From positions 1-64,000 of the IMG/VR virus record IMGVR_UViG_3300037467_001904: DNA of 64,000 bases. One strand, given 5' to 3'. The DNA is from a virus (lineage: Duplodnaviria; Caudoviricetes). Under the pieces are notes generated by a model. The model was not told where the DNA came from. It saw only the letters and a program-made list of their open reading frames with translations, and made no database searches. Both the position numbers and the translations under genes were made by a program. This document shows positions 16,740 to 26,210 of the stretch, piece by piece (the first letter of the stretch is position 1; every line of letters begins with the position of its first letter).

Positions 16740-17215
16740 TAGAGCCCACCGGCTCCAGGAGGTCTGAGAGCCTCCCGCGAAGCTCCATCCTTTCGCCGCC
16801 TGGAGGCTACGGCCTCGGGCACTCCCACCGGTCCGCCGGGGGCGCGAAGGTGTCGAGCAGCCAGCCGACAAGGCTTCGGCCAGTGATCGATCGGAACGTC
16901 GCGGCGGGGAGGGCAGACGGCTCATCCCGTGTCGCAGCACCGATCGAAAGTCCATGTTGGGGACGTGTGGCTGGCTGCTCGATGCCATTATGTCGAGGCT
17001 TCGGCCTCACCTGGGGCGGCCGTTCACCGGATGGTGCGACGTCGAAATTCAGGCCGATCGCAATGTAGGCCGGTTCCCCAATCCAATTCGCCCGAAGGGG
17101 CAACGTGTTTCATGCGGCAGCCGGGAAGGACCGGCGCTCGGGCGGCCCACATGTCCTAGGTCTCCGGCGTGTCGACGCAAAACGTGGAGCCGGTATCAAG
17201 CCCGGCACGCATGAA
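16740..17215 (+). ncRNA. Candidate large structured ncRNA
   Basis: Four UNCG-capped hairpins, a 14-bp long-range helix (16853-16866/16969-16982), and 8-bp helices at 16887/16940 and 17109/17208. Confidence 0.55.
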
Positions 17216-17439
17216 TTCAGTTGTCCGGAAATTCCGGATAGCTCTCACTTCCTCCATTGGAGGAAGTCACCGAAATGGAAATAGACGCTTCGGTTTCCCT
17301 CAAATCTGAGGGAAACCAGAGCACCGCCTCAACGCATTGAAATCGTTCCGATATCGGTATGTCGAGGTCGTTCGGTGGCTCTCGTTCAAGCGAATTTAAT
17401 CAACTATCGCTTGAACAATTGCGTAGGAGTATGCATTGT

Positions 17440-17515
17440 ATGGTTATGGGCATTGGCCCCGGGGTTTGCGCTATGCAGGCCGCTTCAGAGGCTCGGGTAA
17501 CACCGGGCCTTTGAC
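17440..17515 (-). ncRNA. Candidate DUF3800-associated RNA overlapping the gene 3' end
   Basis: A-run + GGCCCGG-TGTTAC-CCGAGCC hairpin inside the last codons, then GCGGCCTGCATAGCGCAAACCCCCGGGGCCAATGCCC. Confidence 0.4.
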
Positions 17516-18310
17516 GTTTTCAAAGCAGCTATATTTTACACCTTCAAGCCGAATCGCGCTTTGGTCCACATGCTGATCGATTATGCGTTTTGAGGTATGG
17601 AGATCCAAGAAGGGCCGATAACTCGGATCGTATCCTCCCTTTGCCATTGCGTAGAGCACAATGTCTGCGACCTGGATCATCGGAACTTGCTTTGTGACGC
17701 GTCGGGGATCACCCAACACCAAAGACTGAAAATCGGCTGGCCCAAGTCCATCATAATTTGCTGCGTCGGGTCCTAGAAATGGCATGCCATCCGCCTTCAT
17801 AGCCTTCATATAGGCGATAAGGGCCCGATCCTCAATTTTCCCAGATTCTTCAAAAAATACCTCAAGTTTCCCGTCTCTTTGGCGAACAAACTTACAGGAG
17901 CGCTCGACCAATATCGAAAATGCGGTTTGGCAGAGCATCCAAGGCTCGGGGTATTTATCGGCATATCGGTCCGAATAGCCTGGCCTATGAATTACGCAGG
18001 CGATACTGACTATTGGAAGGTCGAGTATCAGGGCATCAAGGCCGGAATAAAACCTGTCTCGAGTAGCCTTGTCTTTCCCCAGCCAAGCAAAATTGTTCCG
18101 GCGTCCACGTATTTTCGTGGAATGCAATGGGTAGGTGAGGCCCCATTCTCTACAGAACGCGGCGTGTCTCTCCAAAATAGCTGAAACATCGTCCTCATCG
18201 ACGATAATGCCGCCCAATGCAAAGCAGTCCATACCATCCGCGCGCGGATCCTGCTGGACCTTGAGATATCTAGAGCCGGAATCGTCAATATATAGATGGA
18301 ATTTTGTCAT
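17471..18310 (-). CDS. DUF3800 domain protein (RNase H-like fold, putative nuclease)
   Basis: LYIDDSG, FALGGIIV, LHSTKIR, FFEESG, IQVADIV; low GC. Confidence 0.8.
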   Translation of the reverse strand: MTKFHLYIDDSGSRYLKVQQDPRADGMDCFALGGIIVDEDDVSAILERHAAFCREWGLTYPLHSTKIRGRRNNFAWLGKDKATRDRFYSGLDALILDLPIVSIACVIHRPGYSDRYADKYPEPWMLCQTAFSILVERSCKFVRQRDGKLEVFFEESGKIEDRALIAYMKAMKADGMPFLGPDAANYDGLGPADFQSLVLGDPRRVTKQVPMIQVADIVLYAMAKGGYDPSYRPFLDLHTSKRIIDQHVDQSAIRLEGVKYSCFENVKGPVLPEPLKRPA

Positions 18311-18445
18311 CGTTACTCTTGTTACCGAGCGCAGCCGTTGACGCGCAAGGGAAAAGAGTAATTCACACCCATCCACAAGTTGCTCGGTTTTCGTCACCTT
18401 GCGCGACGTTCCGATTGACAAAATTTAGAGCCCGAACCGACAGCG

Positions 18446-18913
18446 ATGCCCATCCTCGAAAACCAACGTCATGAGCGCTTTGCTCAGGGCCTGGCGAAGG
18501 GGTTGTGTGCCGACAAGGCCTATGTCGAGGCTGGTTTCAGGGCCAATCGCGGCAACGCTATTCGCCTGAAAGCAAATGAACGCGTCGTGAAGCGCGTCGA
18601 GGAGCTGCAGGGTAGGGCGGTCGAAGGCGTCCAGATCTCGAAACAGTGGGTGATGGAGCAGCTCGTCGACAACGTCGTGAAGGCCAAAGAAGCCAAGGAG
18701 TTCGCGCCTGCCAACAAGGCGCTGGAGCTCCTCGGCAAGGAAGTCGGCATGTTCAAGGATCGTGTCGAGCACACAGGCAAGGGCGGAGGGCCCATTCAGA
18801 CAGTGGACCTCACGAATTTCAGCAATGATGATCTCGACCGCCTCGAGGATATCCTCGTTCGTGCTGCCAACCCTGGCGGAGGTAAGGGCGGAGAAGGAGA
18901 AACGGAGGGTTGA
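18446..18913 (+). CDS. terS: Terminase small subunit
   Basis: LENQRHERFAQGLAKG...AYVEAGF; ALELLGKEVGMF. Confidence 0.85.
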   Translation: MPILENQRHERFAQGLAKGLCADKAYVEAGFRANRGNAIRLKANERVVKRVEELQGRAVEGVQISKQWVMEQLVDNVVKAKEAKEFAPANKALELLGKEVGMFKDRVEHTGKGGGPIQTVDLTNFSNDDLDRLEDILVRAANPGGGKGGEGETEG

Positions 18914-20456
18914 GGCCGAACGCGGCGGCTGGATCAAAGAGCGTCAGCGCTGCGCAAACGATATCTTCTATTGGTTCGATACCTGGGTTCACACCTACGA
19001 TCCGCGCCTAATCGGCAAACCGGGCGGCGCCTATGTGCAGCTGAAGCTTTGGCCGAAACAGCGCGAAGTCGTCCAGTGGATGCTGGATCGGATGGCCGTG
19101 CCTGAGGAAGGCCTGATCGAAAAGAGCCGCGACACCGGCGCCACCTACATCACGGCCGGCGTGGCGCTGCATCATTGGCTGTTCGTCGATGGCTTCAAGG
19201 CCACGTTCGGCTCCCGCAAGGTCGATTACGTCGACAAGAAGGACAACCCCGACAGCATCTTCGAGAAGATCCGCATCATGTTGCGGAGAATGCCGCCGCA
19301 GCTGCTGCCGGAGGGCTTCCTGTGGTCGCAGCACGACAACTATATGCGCCTGGTCAATCCGGCGACAGGGGCGACGATCTCCGGTGAAGGCGGCGACGAT
19401 ATGGGCCGCGGCGGCCGATCCTCGCTGTATGTCCTCGACGAGGCGGCATTCGTTCCCAATGCTGATGCGGTTGAGGCCGCGCTGTCGGGTAACACCGATT
19501 GCGTGATGTGGGTGTCGTCAGTGAACGGCATGGGCAATCTGTTCGCCCGCAAGCGTCATTCGATCCTTGGTCAGCACCAGGTCGCCCGCCTGCATTGGCG
19601 TGACGATCCTCGCAAATCCGAGGCCTGGGCAGAGAAGAAGAAAGCCAGCTTCTCCGATCCGACCAAGTGGGCGAGCGAGTACGATATCGACTATTCCGCC
19701 TCGGTCGAAGGCATCTGCATCCCGGCCCTTTGGGTCGAGAGCTGCAAGTTGCTGGCGAACCTTGAGCCCGCGTTGCAGCCGTCGAATCGCGGCGTCCTCG
19801 GTCTCGACGTCGGCGCCGGCAAGGCGAAATCGGTGCTGGTGCCGCGTTTCGGGCCTGTCGTGGAGAAACCTCGATCCAGAGGCGACCCGGACACCACCGA
19901 CACCGCCCACTGGGGCTTGGATGCCGCTCTGGAACTGGGCTGCGCCCTGCTGAACTTCGACGCGCCTGGTGTTGGTGCCGGCGTCTCGTCGACGCTCATG
20001 AAGAACCCCAAGCCGGGGCTCAAGGTCGTCGCCGTGAATACCGGAAATCCGCCGGATGAACGTCGGCGCTGGCCAGATGGCCGCACGTCAGGCGAGATCT
20101 TCGGCAACCAGAAGGCCGAAATCTGGTGGCTTTGCCGCACCGCATGCCAGCGCACGCATGAACATGTCTTGTTCCTTCAGGGCAAGGAGGGTGGGAAGCA
20201 ACACCCACTGAACGAGCTGCTGGCGTTGCCGAGTGGCGACAAGGAAAGCGACGAGCTCTGTCTGCAGCTCTCCCTGGTCAAATGGGAGAAGAACGAGAGG
20301 GGCAAAATCGTCATCGAACAAAAGGCGGCGCTGAGGCGACGCGGCATCGCGAGCCCGGACCATGCGGACGGCCTGATGCTGACATTCGTCGAGCCGGCGA
20401 GGCGGCAACTCTCGATCAGCGATGCAGCGCTGGCGAGATCGGCCGCGCAGAGGTGA
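18825..20456 (+). CDS. terL: Terminase large subunit (start uncertain, 18825-18861)
   Basis: EKSRDTGAT, YVLDEAAF, GLDVGAG, FDAPGVG, SPDHADGL. Confidence 0.9.
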   Translation: MMISTASRISSFVLPTLAEVRAEKEKRRVEAERGGWIKERQRCANDIFYWFDTWVHTYDPRLIGKPGGAYVQLKLWPKQREVVQWMLDRMAVPEEGLIEKSRDTGATYITAGVALHHWLFVDGFKATFGSRKVDYVDKKDNPDSIFEKIRIMLRRMPPQLLPEGFLWSQHDNYMRLVNPATGATISGEGGDDMGRGGRSSLYVLDEAAFVPNADAVEAALSGNTDCVMWVSSVNGMGNLFARKRHSILGQHQVARLHWRDDPRKSEAWAEKKKASFSDPTKWASEYDIDYSASVEGICIPALWVESCKLLANLEPALQPSNRGVLGLDVGAGKAKSVLVPRFGPVVEKPRSRGDPDTTDTAHWGLDAALELGCALLNFDAPGVGAGVSSTLMKNPKPGLKVVAVNTGNPPDERRRWPDGRTSGEIFGNQKAEIWWLCRTACQRTHEHVLFLQGKEGGKQHPLNELLALPSGDKESDELCLQLSLVKWEKNERGKIVIEQKAALRRRGIASPDHADGLMLTFVEPARRQLSISDAALARSAAQR

Positions 20457-20475
20457 AACAGGAACAGGCAGCGAA

Positions 20476-22053
20476 ATGGCCAAGTCGAAGAGCAAGAAGA
20501 AGGGCAAGGCCAAGGCCGGCCCGGCATCAAAGGCCAAGCTCTCGATTTCGCCGATCGCAGTCGCCCAGTCTCGGATCGTGCCTGCCCAGGTCGAGCCCTT
20601 CGCCCCTGCAATCCATCCTCCGATGGCTTCCGGGTCAACCGATGGCCGTAAGATCGCCATGGATAGCTCCATGTCGGCCATCTCAGCCTGGGCGGCCGGC
20701 ATCTATGCCGTGGCTGGACAGCAGGCGACGGCGTTCATGGGTTATCCCGTGCTCGCCGAACTCGCGCAGCGCCCGGAATACCGCATGATGTCGGAAACCA
20801 TCGCGTCAGAGATGACGCGGCGCTGGATCCGCTTCACGGCCAAGGACGGCGAGGACAAGGCCGAACGCATTGCCGAGCTCGAGGCCGAGTTCAAGCGGCT
20901 CAATGTCCGCGCCAAGTTCCAGAAATCGGCGGAGAAGGACGGCCAGTTCGGCCGGGCCCACCTCTTCGTCGACACCGGGCACACCGACAATCCCGACGAG
21001 CTCAGGACAGACATCGGCTCGGGCTGGGATGGCGCGAGCAAGGCGAAGATCCGGAAGGGCTCGATCAAGGAGCTGAAGGTCATAGAGCCTGTCTGGACCT
21101 ATCCCATGGGCTACAACGCCACAAACCCGCTGAAGGAAGGCTGGTACGACCCGAAGGCCTGGAACGTCATGGGCCAGGAGGTCAACAAGAGCCGGATGAT
21201 CACCTTCATCGGTCGAGAAGTCCCGGACCTGCTCAAGCCGGCCTATAGCTTCGGCGGCGTCTCGCTGACGCAGCTCGCCTATCCCTATGTCGAGAACTGG
21301 CTGAAGACTCGCCACGGCGTCAACGAAATCATCATTGCGTTCACGCAGTTCGTGCTGAAGACGCAGATGGATGGGGTTCTGGAAGGCGGCGCCGCAGAAG
21401 ATTTCTTCAAACGGATCGAGCTCTTCAACAACACCAGGTCGAATCGCAGCCTTCTGACGATCGACAAGGACAGCGAGGAGTTTTCGAACGTCACGGCTTC
21501 GCTCGCCGGCCTGGAAGGGCTGCAGATGCAGGCCCAGGAGCATATGGCTTCTGTCAGCCATATCCCGGTGGTGAAGCTGCTCGGCATCCAGCCGGCCGGC
21601 ATGAACGCATCGTCGGAAGGTGAGTTGCGGTCGTTCTACGACTACATCCACAGCTTCCAGGACAAGCTATTCCGGGAGCCGCTTCACGCTCTGCTCGGCA
21701 TGATCATGCTGTCGCTCTGGGGCGAGACCGACGACGGGATCGACTTCGAATTCGAGCCACTCTGGTCGCTCGATGAGAAGGGCCAGGCCGAGGTCGAGAA
21801 GACCAAGGCCGAAACGGATCAGACCCTCGTCGATATTGGCGCGCTGTCGCCACAAGAGGTGCGCGAGCGCGTCGCCCGGGATCCGCAGTCCGACTATTCG
21901 TCGATCGATGTCGACGACATGCCGGACCTCCTCGACGAAGAGGAATCGGGCCTGATGCCCCGCGGCGGTCATCCGATCGAGGGGCTTGGCGAAGGGGAAG
22001 AAAAGGCGGATAAAGCCCTGGACGCCCTCTTCGACAAGGCCAAGGCCGCTTGA
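20476..22053 (+). CDS. Portal protein (DUF1073/HI1409-type)
   Basis: FMGYPVLAELAQRPEYR; IPVVKLLGIQPAGMNASSEGE; follows terL. Confidence 0.88.
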   Translation: MAKSKSKKKGKAKAGPASKAKLSISPIAVAQSRIVPAQVEPFAPAIHPPMASGSTDGRKIAMDSSMSAISAWAAGIYAVAGQQATAFMGYPVLAELAQRPEYRMMSETIASEMTRRWIRFTAKDGEDKAERIAELEAEFKRLNVRAKFQKSAEKDGQFGRAHLFVDTGHTDNPDELRTDIGSGWDGASKAKIRKGSIKELKVIEPVWTYPMGYNATNPLKEGWYDPKAWNVMGQEVNKSRMITFIGREVPDLLKPAYSFGGVSLTQLAYPYVENWLKTRHGVNEIIIAFTQFVLKTQMDGVLEGGAAEDFFKRIELFNNTRSNRSLLTIDKDSEEFSNVTASLAGLEGLQMQAQEHMASVSHIPVVKLLGIQPAGMNASSEGELRSFYDYIHSFQDKLFREPLHALLGMIMLSLWGETDDGIDFEFEPLWSLDEKGQAEVEKTKAETDQTLVDIGALSPQEVRERVARDPQSDYSSIDVDDMPDLLDEEESGLMPRGGHPIEGLGEGEEKADKALDALFDKAKAA

Positions 22054-22271
22054 TCACCCTCAATCTGCTCGAAATGCTCGCAGCGTCGGAACCCGCCATG
22101 GAGGATGATGCAGAGCGCATCGCCTTCAAGGACATCCCGGGCCCGCCGATCCCAGGCCTGAAACCTCCGGAGACCGATCTTGCCTCAGAGCAATCGACGG
22201 CGCCGGACGCCTCTGGAGCGCGCCGAAAAGGTGCTAAGGCCCGTCCACGCCAACGTCGGAATCCAGACTGA
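22050..22271 (+). CDS. Small hypothetical overlapping the head morphogenesis gene
   Basis: TTGA overlap with the portal stop. Confidence 0.35.
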   Translation: MITLNLLEMLAASEPAMEDDAERIAFKDIPGPPIPGLKPPETDLASEQSTAPDASGARRKGAKARPRQRRNPD

Positions 22272-23007
22272 TTATCAGCGGCGGCTCGATCGGCTCATAG
22301 CCGAGATGCATCAGAGCGTGATGTTCTGGCTCAAGGCGGCCTATCGCGCCAACCAGCCGCGGATGGCTGCCGACGAGACCCCAGCCGAGGCGCTACGCCG
22401 TGCTATGCGAGAGATGGCGGCGCGCTGGCTCAAGCGCTTCGACGAGGCATCTCTGAAGCTGGCGAAATGGTTCGGCCAGTCTGTTGAGAAGCGGTCCAGC
22501 GCGGCCTTGAAGAAGATCCTCAAGGATGGCGGCTTTGCGATCGAGTTCCAGATGACGCCGGCGATGCGGGATATCTTGGACGCGACCGTGAACGCCAACG
22601 TCTCACTGATCAAATCGATCCCCCAGCAGTACCTGACCCAGGTCGAGGGAGCGGTAATGCGCAGCGTCCAGGTTGGTGGCGATCTCGGCACCCTGTCGAA
22701 GGAGCTACAGGCGCGATACGGCGTGACCCGAAAGCGGGCTGCGCTGATTTCGAGAGACCAAAACGCCAAGGCGACAGCGGCGATGACGCGGGCTCGGCAG
22801 CTTGAGAGCGGCCTGACGGAAGCGATCTGGATGCATTCCCATGGCGGGAAACATCCCAGACCGAGCCATGTTAAGGCCGGCCGGGAGAAGACCAGGTTCC
22901 CGATCGCTGAGGGCTGGTTCGATCCGGACGAAGGTCGCAAGATCATGCCCGGAGAGCTCATAAATTGCGGCTGTACCAGCAAGCCGGTCCTGAAGGGCGT
23001 CGCGTAG
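22180..23007 (+). CDS. Head morphogenesis protein (SPP1 gp7/Mu gpF-like)
   Basis: RAALISRDQNAKA...IWMH...PRPSH...PGELINCGC. Confidence 0.85.
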   Translation: MPQSNRRRRTPLERAEKVLRPVHANVGIQTDYQRRLDRLIAEMHQSVMFWLKAAYRANQPRMAADETPAEALRRAMREMAARWLKRFDEASLKLAKWFGQSVEKRSSAALKKILKDGGFAIEFQMTPAMRDILDATVNANVSLIKSIPQQYLTQVEGAVMRSVQVGGDLGTLSKELQARYGVTRKRAALISRDQNAKATAAMTRARQLESGLTEAIWMHSHGGKHPRPSHVKAGREKTRFPIAEGWFDPDEGRKIMPGELINCGCTSKPVLKGVA

Positions 23008-23013
23008 GCGCTC

Positions 23014-23196
23014 TTATCCGTTGCCTTTGTAGCTCGCCGCTTCCTGCCAGCGTTTGGCCGCTGCTGCCGCACTGGTGCTTTGCACCTGCAGGGTGCTCCC
23101 CATATAGTCGCCTGTGGCGATCCACACGGTCTTGGACTTCGAAAAGACGGAAATTTCGTAGGGCTTGCCCCAAACGACGACGCGCTGAACTGCCAT
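23014..23196 (-). CDS. Small antisense moron
   Basis: 60-aa compact ORF filling the intergenic gap; beta-rich sequence. Confidence 0.55.
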   Translation of the reverse strand: MAVQRVVVWGKPYEISVFSKSKTVWIATGDYMGSTLQVQSTSAAAAAKRWQEAASYKGNG

Positions 23197-23279
23197 TTTG
23201 CGGACCTTTCCGTTGATGTGCGCTGCCACCGCCGAAATCTAGCACCATTGACCTCCAAGACTATGGTAGCCGCAATTTA

Positions 23280-23304
23280 GCCGCCTCCGGGCGGCTTTTC
23301 TTTT
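23280..23304 (+). terminator. Intrinsic terminator inside the head operon
   Basis: GCCGCC-TCCG-GGCGGC-TTTTCTTTT. Confidence 0.7.
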
Positions 23305-23313
23305 GAGGATCGC

Positions 23314-24642
23314 ATGTCCGACGAGAATTTGGCCCTCGATCGCGAAACCGTGCGCTCGATCGACGCCGACGGCCACCTCCATGTCGAGCGGACGCCGATC
23401 AGCAAGGCGGTGGTGAACCCGTACTGGGGGAGGGAGATCCCGGATGCCGAGCGCCTCGGCCTCGATCCCGATCGGATCTATCGGCTCTATCGCCACCCCG
23501 AAGAACTGGCGCGTGCTGCCGCAAGCTTCGAGGGCAAGCCCCTCCTGATCCAGCACAAGCCCGTCAACGCCGACGAGCACCCGTCAGAGCTCACCGTTGG
23601 GGCCATCGGCTCGCCCGTGAACTTCGATGCGCCGTACCTCACCGCACCGCTGACGGTGTGGGATGGCGGCGCGATCGACCTGATCCAGTCGAAGAAGCAG
23701 CGCGAACTGAGCTGCGGCTATCGATATCGCTTCGATCCAACTCCCGGAACGACGCCCGAGGGGGAACCCTATGACGGCGTGATGAGAGACATCGGGGGCA
23801 ATCATCTCGCCCTCGTTGAGCAGGGTCGCGCTGGCCCGGACGTGCTGGTGCACGACAGCGCACTCGAACCATCCCCTGAACCCAAGGAAACGAAACAGAT
23901 GCCTCAGGCTACTGTGCTGACGCGCAAAGGGGCCGTGGCCCAGAGCGCGCTCATGGTCTACCTGCGCCCGAAACTGGCCCAGGATGCCAAGATTGATCTG
24001 AAGCCGATCCTCGCCGGCGTCACGTCGAAGAACTTTGCCGACAAGCGCGGCGCGATCATCGAGGGCGTCAAGAAGGCGACGGCCGGCAAGCTCGCCGCCG
24101 ATGCCAAGCTCGACGACATGAATATCGCGCTCGACATCGCCCAGGACGACATGGATCCCCGCGGCGAAGACGAAGACCCCGACGAGGACGAGGGCGAAGG
24201 CAAGAAGCCGGCCAAGGACAAAGGCGCCAAGGACAAGGAAGCCTGCGACAAGGACGACGATGCCAAGGACGAAGACGACGACGATGACAAGGAGGAGAAG
24301 GTCAGCAAGTCCGCCATGGACGCTGCAATCCGCTCCGCCACCACCGATGCCGTCGCCCGCGTCCGCCAGCAGGCTCGTGATCTGCGGATCGCTGAGCAGG
24401 AAGTTCGTCCCGTTGTCGGCGAGATCGCCGTGGCCTGCGACAGCGCCGAAGAGGTCTATCGTCATGCACTCAACGTGCTGAAGGTCGACATCACCGACGT
24501 GCCGGCCGCTGCATATCGCGCCCTCTTCAAGGCGATCCCGGCTCAGCGGCCGGCGAGCGCCGCTTCCGCCCTTCCCGCAATGGATGCCGCTGCCGAGGAC
24601 GCTTTCTCCAAGCGTTTCCCGAACGCCGGCCGCCTGAAATAA
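23314..24642 (+). CDS. Prohead protease/scaffold (DUF2213)
   Basis: DADGHLHVERTPISKA; ELSCGYRY; GNHLALVEQGRAG; acidic scaffold tail. Confidence 0.85.
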   Translation: MSDENLALDRETVRSIDADGHLHVERTPISKAVVNPYWGREIPDAERLGLDPDRIYRLYRHPEELARAAASFEGKPLLIQHKPVNADEHPSELTVGAIGSPVNFDAPYLTAPLTVWDGGAIDLIQSKKQRELSCGYRYRFDPTPGTTPEGEPYDGVMRDIGGNHLALVEQGRAGPDVLVHDSALEPSPEPKETKQMPQATVLTRKGAVAQSALMVYLRPKLAQDAKIDLKPILAGVTSKNFADKRGAIIEGVKKATAGKLAADAKLDDMNIALDIAQDDMDPRGEDEDPDEDEGEGKKPAKDKGAKDKEACDKDDDAKDEDDDDDKEEKVSKSAMDAAIRSATTDAVARVRQQARDLRIAEQEVRPVVGEIAVACDSAEEVYRHALNVLKVDITDVPAAAYRALFKAIPAQRPASAASALPAMDAAAEDAFSKRFPNAGRLK

Positions 24643-24655
24643 GGAACCTGACTCG

Positions 24656-25144
24656 ATGTTTCAGACGCAGGTCAACATCACCCAGGCGCCCGCCGTCGCC
24701 GGCCAGTTCGCCTCGGTCAATCCGCGCCATGCCGCGCTCACCGTTGAAGGCGGCTTCGTTGCCGGCGCCAGCGGCGTCACCGTCGGGCTCTTCGCTTGGG
24801 CGGATGCCACCGGCCGGATCCTGGCGAACACCGGCACCGGTCTGCCGGCCGGCTTCGTCGCCCGCACCGAGCAGGCGCTCATCACCACCTATCTGACGGA
24901 GTACGGGAACACGATCCCGGCCGGCTTTGCGGTCGGTGACGTCTTCAGCGGTGGCGACTTCTGGGTGAAGAACGCTGGCGCCGGTGCCGTCACTGTCGGC
25001 CAGAAGGCGTTCGCCAGGCTCGCCGACGGCACGATCTCCTTCGCAGCCGCTGGCGCAACCGTCGCCGGCAGTATCGAGACCAAGTTCTTCGCGGCCACCG
25101 CCGGTGCCGCCGGCGAACTGGTCAAGATGACCGACACGATCTAA
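24656..25144 (+). CDS. Head decoration/cement protein
   Basis: FQTQVNITQAPAVAGQFASVNP; upstream of the capsid gene. Confidence 0.75.
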   Translation: MFQTQVNITQAPAVAGQFASVNPRHAALTVEGGFVAGASGVTVGLFAWADATGRILANTGTGLPAGFVARTEQALITTYLTEYGNTIPAGFAVGDVFSGGDFWVKNAGAGAVTVGQKAFARLADGTISFAAAGATVAGSIETKFFAATAGAAGELVKMTDTI

Positions 25145-25164
25145 CCCCACAGGGCAAATCGAAC

Positions 25165-26208
25165 ATGAGAAACGCAGAATTTGCCCGCCTGGAGCGGGAA
25201 TGGGGCATTGTCCTCATGGCGCAGGACTGGCTGCCTGATGCCTACAAGCGCGACTTTCAGCTCGCGCTCGACGCCCAGCCGACGCTCGCCGCAGGGCCCG
25301 GCTCCAGTGGCGTCCCGGCTCTCTTCACGACCTTCGTCGATCCGGAAGTGATCCGCGTGCTCCAGGCCCCCAACAAGGGCGCCTCGATCCTCGGTGAGCG
25401 CAAGGAAGGCGACTGGACTTCGCAGACTGCGATGTTCCTCGTGGTCGAGAACACCGGCGAGGTCTCCAGCTATGGCGACCAGAACACCAACGGCCTGTCC
25501 GACGCCAACGCCACCTTCCCGCAGCGCCAGCCCTATCTTTTCCAGACGATCGTGCAGTACGGCGATCTGGAAGAGGCGCGCATGGCCACGGCCAAGCTGA
25601 ACTGGGTCTCCGAGAAGCAGGTTTCGGCCGCCAAGACGCTCGATAAGTTCCTCGACTACACCTATCACAACGGTGTGTCGGGCCTGCAGAACTATGGCCT
25701 GCTGAACGACCCGGCGCTCTCGGCTCCCCTGACCCCGGCCACCAAGGCTGCCGGCGGCACGTCCTGGGTTACCGGCGCCGGCGTCATCAACGCTACGGCG
25801 AACGAGGTCTACGCCGATATCCAGGCCCTGTTCTACAAGCTGGTGGCCCAGAGCAACGGCATCATCACCGCCGAAGACGAGCTCACCCTCGTCCTGCCGC
25901 CCACCTCCGCAGTGGGCCTCACCGCCACCAACTCCTTCGGCATCACCGTCGGTGACATGCTGAAGAAGAACTTCCCGAACCTGAAGACCAAGACCTCGCC
26001 ACGCTATGCGACCGGTACCGGCAACCTGGCTCAGCTCATTGCCGATCGGCTCGACGGCAACGACGTCGGCTTCTGCGCCTTCAACGAGAAGCTTCGCGAT
26101 CACGGCATCGTCCGTGAGCTGTCTTCCTGGAAACAGAAGAAGACCAGCGGCACCTGGGGCGCGGTCATCCGCTACCCGCTCGCAATCTCGCAGATGCTGG
26201 GGATCTGA
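25165..26208 (+). CDS. Major capsid protein (DUF2184-type)
   Basis: LDAQPTL...GVPALFTTFVDP; NYGLLNDP; GTWGAVIRYP. Confidence 0.88.
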   Translation: MRNAEFARLEREWGIVLMAQDWLPDAYKRDFQLALDAQPTLAAGPGSSGVPALFTTFVDPEVIRVLQAPNKGASILGERKEGDWTSQTAMFLVVENTGEVSSYGDQNTNGLSDANATFPQRQPYLFQTIVQYGDLEEARMATAKLNWVSEKQVSAAKTLDKFLDYTYHNGVSGLQNYGLLNDPALSAPLTPATKAAGGTSWVTGAGVINATANEVYADIQALFYKLVAQSNGIITAEDELTLVLPPTSAVGLTATNSFGITVGDMLKKNFPNLKTKTSPRYATGTGNLAQLIADRLDGNDVGFCAFNEKLRDHGIVRELSSWKQKKTSGTWGAVIRYPLAISQMLGI

Positions 26209-26210
26209 CC

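Noticed and set aside
17370-17387. Possible LexA box GTTC...GTTC
   Set aside because: Spacer is 10 nt, not 7
20476-22053. Portal as an anti-CBASS Acb1 protein
   Set aside because: DUF1073-type proteins sometimes get this label, but size and position after terL indicate a portal
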